Source of the DNA: an uncultured Spirochaetales bacterium
Lineage (GTDB): Bacteria; Myxococcota_A; UBA9160; JAFDET01
Direction of reading: 5' to 3'
DNA length: 64,000 nucleotides
NCBI GenBank assembly: GCA_964442285.1
Contig: CAYTZH010000001.1
Span: forward strand, 224,118 to 288,117
Of this stretch, positions 28,947-37,135 are shown piece after piece. The notes beneath the pieces were generated by a model. That model did no database searches. It had not been told where the DNA came from and saw nothing but the letters and a program-made list of their open reading frames with translations. Position 1 is the stretch's first letter, and each line of letters begins with the position of its first letter. The translations under genes were made by a program, and so were the position numbers.

Positions 28947-30431
28947 GTGATCTCCTACGGCCGGGCCCTGGCCTGGCACGCGCAGCGCAACCCCGAGCGG
29001 GTGGCCGTCGCCCACGAGGCCGAGCAGCGCAGCTTCGGGGCGCTGGAGCGCCGCAGCAATCGCCTGGCCCGCGCCTACGCAGAGCGCGGGGTGGCACCCG
29101 GATCGCTGGTCACGGTGGCGCTGTCCAACGGCCTCGAGCACTTCGAGGCCTGCCTGGCGACCTGGAAGCTCGGCGCCACGCCCAACCCCATCTCGTCGCG
29201 ACTCCCGGAGCGCGAGCGGCACGCCCTGGTCGACCTCGCCAAGCCCGCCCTCGTGGTCGGTGCGCCGGAGGGCAGCTACGGGGAGCACACGGCGCTGCCC
29301 GCGGACTTCGCGCCCGATCCGGCCCTCTCCGACGCGCCGCTGCCCGACGCGGTGCCGCGCCACGCCCGCGCCATGACCTCCGGCGGCAGCACCGGCCGCC
29401 CCAAGCTGATCCTCGACCTGGTGCCCGGCGCGTGCGACCCGACGCAGCCGACCAACCGCATGCAGCCCGGCGGCACCACCCTCGTGCCGGGCCCGCTCTA
29501 CCACGCGGGCCCGTTCATCACCGCCTGGCAGTCGCTGCTGGCGGGGCGGCGGGTGGTGGTGATGAGCCGCTTCGACCCCGTCGAGGCGCTGGCGCTGATC
29601 GAGCGCTGGCGGGTCGACTGGGTGCTCTTCGTGCCGACCATGATGCAGCGCATCTGGCGCCTGCCCGAGGCGGAGCGCCGCGCCCGCGATCTCTCGTCGC
29701 TCGACACCGTAATGTGCACCGGCGCACCGAGCCCCGCCTGGCTCAAGCGCGCCTGGATCGACTGGCTGGGCCCCGAGCGCATCCACGAGGCCTACGGGGG
29801 CTCCGAGCGGATCGCCGGCACCCAGATCTCCGGCAGCGAGTGGCTCGCCCATCCGGGCTCGGTGGGCAGGCCCACCGCCGACCGCAAGATCCGCATCCTG
29901 CGCCCCGACGGCAGCGCCTGCGCGCCGGGCGAGGTGGGCGAGGTGTTCATGATGCCCCCGGGCGGGCGGGGGAGCACCTACCGCTACGTGGGCGCGGAGG
30001 CCACGGCCACCGACGACGGCTGGGAGTCCCTCGGCGATCTCGGCTGGCTCGACGAGGACGGCTACCTCTACCTGGCCGACCGCAAGACGGACATGGTGGT
30101 GACGGGCGGCGCCAACGTGTATCCCGCCGAGGTGGAGGCCGCTCTCGACGCCCATCCCGCCGTCCGCTCCAGCGCCGTGATCGGCCTGCCCGACGACGAT
30201 CTCGGCCAGCGCCTGCACGCCCTGGTGGACGCGACGGCGCCGGTCGGCGAGGATGCGCTCCGGGCCCACCTGGCCGCGCACCTGGCGCGCAACAAGATCC
30301 CCCGCAGCTTCGAGTTCGTCGACGAGCCCCTGCGCGACGATGCGGGCAAGGTGCGGCGCTCCGCCCTGCGCGCAGCCCGCATCCCCGACCCGGGGGACGC
30401 GTCTCCCGCTCCGGGGGACGCGTCGGCGTGA
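28947..30431 (+). CDS. AMP-dependent acyl-CoA synthetase/ligase
   Basis: 494 aa from GTG 28947. Motifs seen: MTSGGSTGRPK, YGGSE, GDLGWLDEDGYLYLADRKTDMVVTGGANVYPAEVE. Confidence 0.9.
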   Translation: MISYGRALAWHAQRNPERVAVAHEAEQRSFGALERRSNRLARAYAERGVAPGSLVTVALSNGLEHFEACLATWKLGATPNPISSRLPERERHALVDLAKPALVVGAPEGSYGEHTALPADFAPDPALSDAPLPDAVPRHARAMTSGGSTGRPKLILDLVPGACDPTQPTNRMQPGGTTLVPGPLYHAGPFITAWQSLLAGRRVVVMSRFDPVEALALIERWRVDWVLFVPTMMQRIWRLPEAERRARDLSSLDTVMCTGAPSPAWLKRAWIDWLGPERIHEAYGGSERIAGTQISGSEWLAHPGSVGRPTADRKIRILRPDGSACAPGEVGEVFMMPPGGRGSTYRYVGAEATATDDGWESLGDLGWLDEDGYLYLADRKTDMVVTGGANVYPAEVEAALDAHPAVRSSAVIGLPDDDLGQRLHALVDATAPVGEDALRAHLAAHLARNKIPRSFEFVDEPLRDDAGKVRRSALRAARIPDPGDASPAPGDASA

Positions 30432-31945
30432 TCTTCCCGGCGCTGGCGGAGGATCCCGAGGGCTGGGCCCTGGACGACGGCACCCGCCGTCGCTCCTGGT
30501 CCGCGCTCGACGCGCGCGTGCGCCGCGCCGCCCACTTCCTGCGCCACGAGGCCGGGCTGGCGGCCGGCGACCACCTGGCGCTGCTGGTGTCGAACCGGGT
30601 CGAGGGCGTGGAGATGCTGCTTGGCGGCATCCTCGCCGGGCTCTGGGTGACGCCGGTCAACTGGCACCTGCGCCCCGACGAGATCGCCTACATCGTGCGC
30701 GACTCGGGCGCCGGGCTGCTGGTCTCCGACGACCGCTTCGCCGACACCGCCCGCGCCGTCCACGATCGGGTGGTGCTGGCGGGCGACGAGCTGGATGCCG
30801 CCCTCGCCCGCGCCGAGCCCGCGCGTCTCGATCTGGACGCGCCGCCCGGCGGCAACATGATCTACACCAGCGGTACCACCGGTCGGCCCAAGGGCGTGAA
30901 GCGGGCCCCCGCCGCGACCCTGGGCGCCATGCTCGAGGGCTGGCGCGCCTACGGCCACAAGGTCGGCCTCGACGGGAGCGGTCCCCACCTGGTGACCGGG
31001 CCCCTCTACCACGCGGCGCCGCTGATGTTCGCGGTCTACGACCAGGTGAACGGCGCGCCCGTCGCCATCCTGCCGCGCTGGGACGAGCGCGCCTTCCTCG
31101 ACACCGTCCGCGCGCGCCGCGTGGCCCACACCCACCTGGTGCCCACGCTCTTCGTGCGCCTGCTGCGCCTGCCCGAGGCCCTGCGGTCCGCGGCCGACCT
31201 CGGGTCGCTGCGGCTCGTCCTCCACGGGGCGGCGCCGGTCTCCGTGGCGGTCAAGCGGCGCATGCTCGACTGGTGGGAGCCGTTGGGCGTGGAGCTCGTC
31301 GAGTACTGGGGCGCCACCGAGGGCGGGGTGAACACGCTGGTCGGCGGCGCCGAGTGGCGCGCCCACCCGGGGACCGTGGGGCGCGCCATCCCGCCCTTCG
31401 AGGTCTTCGCCGTCGACGACGCGGGCCGGCGGCTGCCCCCCGGCGAGACCGGCCCTCTCTACTGCCGCCACGCCAGCGTGGCGCGGCCCTTCGCCTACCA
31501 CGGCGACCCGGACAAGACCGAGGCCGCCTATCTCGAGCCCCACGTCTTCACCATCGGCGACGTGGGCTCCGTGGACGCCGAGGGCTTCGTCCACCTCGCG
31601 GACCGCGCCTCCCACATGATCATCTCCGGTGGGGTCAACATCTATCCCGCCGAGGTGGAGCACGTGCTGGCCGAGCACCCGGCGGTGGCCGACGTGGGGG
31701 TCTTTGGCGTTCCCGACGACGAGTGGGGCGAGTGCGTGAAGGCCGCCGTGGAGCTGGCGCCGGGCCAGGCGCCCGGCCCGGAGCTCGAGGCGGAGCTGCT
31801 CGCCTTCGCCCGGGAGCACCTGGCCGGCTACAAGGTGCCCCGCTCGGTGGACTTCGAGGCGTCGCTGCCGCGCACCGAGACCGGGAAGCTCTACGTGGGT
31901 CGCCTCCGCGAGCGCTACTGGCAGGGGCGCGCGCGCAAGATCTAG
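30428..31945 (+). CDS. AMP-dependent acyl-CoA synthetase/ligase
   Basis: 505 aa. The GTG start overlaps the upstream stop (GTGA). Motifs seen: YTSGTTGRPKGV, YWGATEG, GDVGSVDAEGFVHLADRASHMIISGGVNIYPAEVE, GKLY. Confidence 0.9.
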   Translation: MIFPALAEDPEGWALDDGTRRRSWSALDARVRRAAHFLRHEAGLAAGDHLALLVSNRVEGVEMLLGGILAGLWVTPVNWHLRPDEIAYIVRDSGAGLLVSDDRFADTARAVHDRVVLAGDELDAALARAEPARLDLDAPPGGNMIYTSGTTGRPKGVKRAPAATLGAMLEGWRAYGHKVGLDGSGPHLVTGPLYHAAPLMFAVYDQVNGAPVAILPRWDERAFLDTVRARRVAHTHLVPTLFVRLLRLPEALRSAADLGSLRLVLHGAAPVSVAVKRRMLDWWEPLGVELVEYWGATEGGVNTLVGGAEWRAHPGTVGRAIPPFEVFAVDDAGRRLPPGETGPLYCRHASVARPFAYHGDPDKTEAAYLEPHVFTIGDVGSVDAEGFVHLADRASHMIISGGVNIYPAEVEHVLAEHPAVADVGVFGVPDDEWGECVKAAVELAPGQAPGPELEAELLAFAREHLAGYKVPRSVDFEASLPRTETGKLYVGRLRERYWQGRARKI

Positions 31946-31989
31946 TAGACTGTGCGGCCGCGTCCACGCGCCCGAACCAGGAGAACCCC

Positions 31990-32454
31990 ATGGCCCCCCG
32001 CGAGCTGTCCCCCCGCGAGATCTCGGATCGCCTCCAGATCCAGGATCTGCTCACCCGCTACACCGTCGCCATCGACACCAAGGACTGGAACCTGCTGGAC
32101 TCCGTGTTCTCCGCCGACGCCCACTGCGACTACACCTCCGCGGGCGGCGTGAAGGGGCCCTATCCCGAGGTGCGCAAGTGGCTGGAGAAGGCGCTCGCGC
32201 CCTTCCCCATGACCCAGCACTTCATCAGCAACACCACCCTCCAGCTCGATGGGGACCGCGCTACGGCCCGCACCTACGTCATCAATCCCATGGGCTTCGG
32301 CAAGGCCGACGGCAGCCTGCAGGTCTTCACCGTGGGCGCCTACTACAACGACGAGCTCGTGTGGACCGACGCGGGCTGGCGCATCGCCGAGCGCGTGGAG
32401 GAGACCGCCTTCATGGACGGCGACCTCCCCGCGGAGCTCCAGATCCCGAGCTGA
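31990..32454 (+). CDS. NTF2-like (SnoaL_4) protein
   Basis: 154 aa from ATG 31990 with IQDLLTRYTVAIDTKDWNLLDSVF...H. Confidence 0.75.
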   Translation: MAPRELSPREISDRLQIQDLLTRYTVAIDTKDWNLLDSVFSADAHCDYTSAGGVKGPYPEVRKWLEKALAPFPMTQHFISNTTLQLDGDRATARTYVINPMGFGKADGSLQVFTVGAYYNDELVWTDAGWRIAERVEETAFMDGDLPAELQIPS

Positions 32455-32456
32455 CG

Positions 32457-33707
32457 GTGAAGCTCGGGGAGATCCGCCACCCGGAGCGGGCCCGCCACGG
32501 CAGGCCCCTGGACGGTGTGCGCGTGCTGGCCGCCGAGCAGATGCAGGCGCTGCCCTTCGCCACGCAGCTCATGGCCCAGCTGGGCGCCGACGTGGTGAAG
32601 GTCGAGCATCCGGAGCACGGCGACTCGGGTCGCGGCGCCCAGCCGGCGCTCGTCGACGACGACGGCCGTCGCGTGGGAGCCACCTTCCTGCGCAACAACC
32701 TCTCGAAGCGCAGCATCGGCCTCGACCTGAAGCACCCAGACGGCCGGGCGCTGTTCCGGCGCCTGGTGCCCCACTTCGACGTGGTGGCGGAGAACTTCAA
32801 GGCCGGCGCCATGGAGCGCCTGGGCCTCGGCTACGAGGCGCTCGCCGCCGACGCCCCTGGTCTCGTGTACGTCTCCATCTCCGGCTTCGGGAACCTCGCC
32901 CCCTCGCCCTACGCCGACTGGCCCGCCTACGCCCCCATCACCGAGGCCATGGGCGGCCTCTACGAGCCCAACCGCAAGCCGGGCCAGCCGCCCCCGGTGG
33001 TGGTGGCCGGCGCGCTCGGCGACAACGCCAGCGCGCTGTTCGCCGTGATCGGCGTGCTGGCCGCTCTGCGCCAGCGCGAGCGCACGGGCCTGGGCCAGCA
33101 CGTCGACGTGTCGATGTACGATGCCTGCGTGGCCATGGCCGACATGGTGCCCTTCCTGTGGTCCATGGGGGCGCCGCCGGAGTGGGCCGCGGCCGGGTCG
33201 CTCGCGGTGGTGGCGGCCTTCGCCGCCCGCGACGGCTACTTCGTGGCCGCCGTCTTCCGCGAGCACCAGTTCGCGCGGCTGGCCGAGACGGTGGGCCATC
33301 CCGAGTGGGTCGGCGATCCGCGCTTCGCCACCCGCGAGGGCTGGGCCCGGGCCATCGAGCCGGTGCTGCGTCCGGCGGTCGAGGCCTGGGCTGCGGACAA
33401 GGGCAAGCTCGAGGCGGCGCGCCTGCTGTGCGAGGCGGGCGTGGCCGCCGGGCCGAGCAACGCCGCCGAGGACCTCCACCGCGATCCCCACGTCGCGGCC
33501 CGCGACATGCTGATCGAGGTGCCCCGCCCCGATGCGCCCGACCCGATGTTGCTGGTGGGCAACCCGGTGAAGCTCTCCAAGATGGCGGAGGGCCCGCTGC
33601 AGCGCTTTCCCCGCCTGGCCGAGCACACCGACCAGGTGCTGGGCGAGCTGCTGGCCCTCGACGCGGCCGCGCTCGACGACCTGCGCACCCGCGGCGCCAT
33701 CGGCTGA
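32457..33707 (+). CDS. family III CoA-transferase (CaiB/BaiF / alpha-methylacyl-CoA racemase family)
   Basis: 416 aa from GTG 32457. Motifs seen: LDGVRVLAAEQMQALPFATQLMAQLGADVVKVE, NLSKRSIGLDLK, DVVAENFKAGAMERLGLGYE. Confidence 0.9.
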   Translation: MKLGEIRHPERARHGRPLDGVRVLAAEQMQALPFATQLMAQLGADVVKVEHPEHGDSGRGAQPALVDDDGRRVGATFLRNNLSKRSIGLDLKHPDGRALFRRLVPHFDVVAENFKAGAMERLGLGYEALAADAPGLVYVSISGFGNLAPSPYADWPAYAPITEAMGGLYEPNRKPGQPPPVVVAGALGDNASALFAVIGVLAALRQRERTGLGQHVDVSMYDACVAMADMVPFLWSMGAPPEWAAAGSLAVVAAFAARDGYFVAAVFREHQFARLAETVGHPEWVGDPRFATREGWARAIEPVLRPAVEAWAADKGKLEAARLLCEAGVAAGPSNAAEDLHRDPHVAARDMLIEVPRPDAPDPMLLVGNPVKLSKMAEGPLQRFPRLAEHTDQVLGELLALDAAALDDLRTRGAIG

Positions 33708-33717
33708 AGGAGAACGC

Positions 33718-34338
33718 ATGCCCCTGGACCTCGCTGCGCTCGCCGCACCCGGCCACACGGCCCTGGTCACCCAGGAGATCCAGCGCGGCGTCGTGGGCGA
33801 CCTCTCCCAGCTCCCGGACCTGGCGGCCGCGGCCCGGGTGGTGCTGCCGAACGTGGCGCGCCTGGTGGTGGCGGCGCGCCCCGCCGGCGTGCCGGTCGTC
33901 CACTGCACCGCCGAGCGTCGCGCCGACGGCCTGGGCGCCAACGCCAACGCCCGCATCTTCCAGTACATGGCCCGGGCGCCGGTGAAGCTCCTGCCCGGCT
34001 CGCCGGCGGCGGAGATCGTGCCCGAGGTGCCGGTGGCGGAGAGCGACCTGGTGCTCCCCCGGCTCCACGGGCTCTCGCCCTTCCAGGGCACCGAGCTCGA
34101 CTTCCTGCTGCGCAACCTGGGCGTGCGGACGCTCGTCGGGGTGGGCGTGTCGGTGAACGTGGCCATCACCAACCTGGCGCTGGACGCGGTGAACGCCGGC
34201 TACCAGGTGGTGATCCCCCGCGACGCGGTGGCGGGCTTCCCGGCGGAGTACGTGGAGGCCGTCTTCGCCCACACCCTCGGCGCCGTGGCGACGCTGGTGT
34301 CGAGCGACGCGCTCTGCAAGGTCTGGAGCGAAGCGTGA
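33718..34338 (+). CDS. isochorismatase-family cysteine hydrolase
   Basis: 206 aa. The pattern LVTQEIQRG...VVHC...TLVGVGVSVNVAITNLALDAVNAGYQVV is isochorismatase-like. Confidence 0.8.
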   Translation: MPLDLAALAAPGHTALVTQEIQRGVVGDLSQLPDLAAAARVVLPNVARLVVAARPAGVPVVHCTAERRADGLGANANARIFQYMARAPVKLLPGSPAAEIVPEVPVAESDLVLPRLHGLSPFQGTELDFLLRNLGVRTLVGVGVSVNVAITNLALDAVNAGYQVVIPRDAVAGFPAEYVEAVFAHTLGAVATLVSSDALCKVWSEA

Positions 34339-35003
34339 GCGACGCCGAGCCGCTGCCGTCCGCGACCATCGTCCCGATCCGGGACGGGGCGTCCGGCCTC
34401 GAGGTGCTGCTGCTCGAGAAGGCCGGCCGCGCCCGCCCCGCGCCCTGGGTGTTTCCCGGCGGCAAGGTGGAGGACGCCGACCGCGCCGCCCCCGACGAGC
34501 CCATCGACAGCGTGGCGCGTCGGGCCGCCGTGCGCGAGGCCGAGGAGGAGGCGGGTCTGGTGCTGCCGACGGACGCGCTCCGGCCCCTCTCCCGCTGGAT
34601 CACGCCGCCCCTGCGCTCGCGCCGCTTCGACACCTGGTTCTACCTGGCCGCCGTCGAGCGGGAGGTCGCCGTACGGGTGGACGGCGGCGAGATCGGCAGC
34701 CACCGCTGGTTCGCGCCGGAGGAGGCGCTCGATCACCACCGCCGCCGCGAGATCGTGCTGGCGCCCCCGACCTTCGTCACGGTCACGTGGCTCCTCGAGC
34801 ACCGCGGGGCCGCCGCCGCCCTCGAGGTGCTGGGCCGGGCCGAGTTCCTGACCTTCCAGCCCCGGATCTGCCCGCGCGAGGACGGCATCGCCTGCATCCT
34901 CTACCCCGGCGATGCGGGCTACGAGGTCGGCGATCCCGACCGCCCCGGCCCGCGCCACCGCCTCTGGGCCACCGCAGACGGCTATCGCTACGAGCGAGGC
35001 TGA
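34335..35003 (+). CDS. NUDIX hydrolase
   Basis: 222 aa. The GTG start overlaps the upstream stop. The Nudix box reads GGKVEDAD...AAVREAEEEAGL. Confidence 0.8.
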   Translation: MSDAEPLPSATIVPIRDGASGLEVLLLEKAGRARPAPWVFPGGKVEDADRAAPDEPIDSVARRAAVREAEEEAGLVLPTDALRPLSRWITPPLRSRRFDTWFYLAAVEREVAVRVDGGEIGSHRWFAPEEALDHHRRREIVLAPPTFVTVTWLLEHRGAAAALEVLGRAEFLTFQPRICPREDGIACILYPGDAGYEVGDPDRPGPRHRLWATADGYRYERG

Positions 35004-35962
35004 GCCGCCGGGTCCGCCCCGCGAGCCGGCGGCGTGCCGGCCCGGGCGAAGTCGGCGATCCAGTCGGCCAGGGCGTCGGGCCGGGTGACGGGGAGGGCGT
35101 GTCCCCCGCTCGGCACCATCCGGAGCTTCGAACGGCGAGCGCTCCGATGCAGCCCCTCGGCCACCGCGGGCGGCACCAGCAGGTCGCCCTCGCCGTGGAT
35201 CACCAGGATGGGTCGTTCGATGGGCTCCGGATCCAGGTCGGCGCGGCCATCCAGGTCGAAGCCCTCGGAGCGCGCGGTGCGCAGGCTGTGGGGCATGGCG
35301 AGGTTGGCGCTGACCGCCGCGGCCGCTCCCTCCGGCACCGGCTCGGGCGCGAACGCCACGGAGACGAACGAGGCTTCGACCCGCCGGGCCACGGGTGGGA
35401 CGCGCCAGATCCAGGCCACGAGCGGACCCGCCAGCAGATCCGTGACCACCCGCGGCGGCGCCGGTCGCTGCTCGATGCCCGGGCCGACGCTGCCGACCAG
35501 GACCAGCCGATCGATGCGCGAGGCATCGCGGCGGGCAGCGGTGATCGACGTGGCCCCCCCGTAGGACCAGCCTACGAGGATGACGTGGCGCAGATCCTCG
35601 GCGGCGAGCAGGCCGAGCAGCTCCGCCGCGTTCGCGCCGACGCTGTAGTCGTCGCGGGGGCGCACGTCGGAGCGGCCGTAGCCCACCCGGTCGTAGGCGA
35701 GGGCGCGGAAGCCGCGGTCCGCCAGCGCCTCCATCGAGGCCGTCCAGTCGTAGGCGGAGCCCGGGTGCCCGTGGACCAGCACGACCGCCGGTCCCGCGCC
35801 CCGCTCGATCAGATTCACGCCCACCCCGGGAGCCACCTCGACCCGGCGTCCGGGCGGCGGGAGCGACGGCGCCGGCTCCGGGAAGGCCGCGTACCAGAGC
35901 GGGGGCAACGCGACGGCGGCCGCGAGCAGGACGACACAGGCGAGCAGGAGCTTGCGGGTCAC
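34988..35962 (-). CDS. alpha/beta hydrolase with N-terminal membrane anchor
   Basis: 324 aa from the in-frame GTG 35962 (VTRKLLLACVVLLAAAV). Motifs seen: VLVHGHPGS, nucleophile elbow GWSYGG and a C-terminal GGH. Confidence 0.85.
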   Translation of the reverse strand: MTRKLLLACVVLLAAAVALPPLWYAAFPEPAPSLPPPGRRVEVAPGVGVNLIERGAGPAVVLVHGHPGSAYDWTASMEALADRGFRALAYDRVGYGRSDVRPRDDYSVGANAAELLGLLAAEDLRHVILVGWSYGGATSITAARRDASRIDRLVLVGSVGPGIEQRPAPPRVVTDLLAGPLVAWIWRVPPVARRVEASFVSVAFAPEPVPEGAAAAVSANLAMPHSLRTARSEGFDLDGRADLDPEPIERPILVIHGEGDLLVPPAVAEGLHRSARRSKLRMVPSGGHALPVTRPDALADWIADFARAGTPPARGADPAAQPRS

Positions 35963-36085
35963 ACCATCACGGTACACCGGCGCAGCGCCGCGACCGAGGG
36001 AATCGGCGTTCCACATCTGCGGAAGAGCGCTTCCCATCGATCCTGGCCAACACCCGCAAGTGAACGAAATTCCGTGTGTCGCTCG

Positions 36086-36101
36086 TGGCATCGGGCTTGC
36101 A
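36086..36101 (+). promoter_or_regulatory. sigma-54 (-24/-12) type promoter TGGCAT-N5-TTGCA
   Basis: TGGCATCGGGCTTGCA matches the TGGCAC-N5-TTGCW consensus in 15 of 16 informative positions, with GG-N10-GC spacing. It is about 100 nt upstream of the PEP-CTERM gene start. Confidence 0.55.
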
Positions 36102-36201
36102 GCGGTTGCGGACAGGGAAGGGGATCGTCCGGCGATCCGCCTGCCCCTTCTCGTTCCCGGGTCAAGCGAGGTCGGCCTCGGCGATCCCCCGGGAGTACCT
36201 G

Positions 36202-37071
36202 GTGCGCCATCGATCCGCGTCCCGCCTCGCCGTTTCGGCCCTCCTGGGCCTGGGCCTCTCGCTGGGGGCTTCCCACCACGCGGAGGCGGCCTGGGACGGT
36301 GTGGTCGATGCCGGCGACGGCATCAGCTTCGATGGAGCGACGGGCGAGCTGCTCTTCCTCGGCGGCCCCGCGGATCTGCCCTTCGGGGCCGACCTCGGGC
36401 GGGTCCAGTCCCAGCTCGATCTCGCCTTCTTCGCCGACGTCGTCGAGTACCGGATGCTCTTCCCGGGTCAGGCCGGCCAGACCGTGAGCCTCGACACGGG
36501 CGACGTGATCGACCTGATGTTCTCCTACGACGGCGACATGACCATCACCTTCACCGACACCGACCCGGTCCAGAACTTCGGGGGCGGGCTCGGTGACACG
36601 GTCAGCTTCACCCTCCCGACCTCGCTCACGGGCCAGGGCAGCTTCACCGTCGACCTCGGGCTGAACAACCTCGGGATCGGCAGCCCCGACAACTTCTTCG
36701 CCAGCTTCGCCATCGGCGGGGGCTCCCCGTCTCCGCCCCAGGTGCTCGCGGACCTCGACGGCGACGGCACATCGGAGACGGTTGCGCTGCTGAGTCCTTC
36801 CTTCTCCGCTGGGGGGATCTCGCCCGCGAGCTTCATGGAGACGATCCTCCCCGGCGTCGTCTTGTACGAGATCGCGCCGGGGGCCACCTTGCTTACGACG
36901 ACCCTGATCAGCGTGAACCCGGACGTGGCGGCGGTCATCGAGCTCACGGAGTGGTCCTACGAGCTGGACCTGGTGGTGCCCGCGCAGGGCGTGTCGGAGC
37001 CCGCGGCCCCGTGGCTCCTGGGCCTTGGGCTGGCCGGGCTCCTCCGCCGTGCCGGTCGGCAGCGCGCCTGA
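36202..37071 (+). CDS. PEP-CTERM sorting domain-containing secreted protein
   Basis: 289 aa from GTG 36202, with GGGAG 6 nt upstream. The signal peptide reads LAVSALLGLGLSLGASHHAEA. The C-terminus VSEPAAPWLLGLGLAGLLRRAGRQRA is a PEP-like motif followed by a TM helix and an Arg cluster. Confidence 0.75.
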   Translation: MRHRSASRLAVSALLGLGLSLGASHHAEAAWDGVVDAGDGISFDGATGELLFLGGPADLPFGADLGRVQSQLDLAFFADVVEYRMLFPGQAGQTVSLDTGDVIDLMFSYDGDMTITFTDTDPVQNFGGGLGDTVSFTLPTSLTGQGSFTVDLGLNNLGIGSPDNFFASFAIGGGSPSPPQVLADLDGDGTSETVALLSPSFSAGGISPASFMETILPGVVLYEIAPGATLLTTTLISVNPDVAAVIELTEWSYELDLVVPAQGVSEPAAPWLLGLGLAGLLRRAGRQRA

Positions 37072-37135
37072 GGAAGCCGTCTATTCAGCCGCGTGCGAAT
37101 CGGGTATAAGGGGGCACGAACGGAGGTTGTTCCGG

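Noticed and set aside
25892-30281. 975-aa and 767-aa minus-strand ORFs
   Set aside because: They overlap the di-iron oxygenase, LLM, NTF2 and ligase genes in wrong or antisense frames. They have no motifs and are low-complexity.
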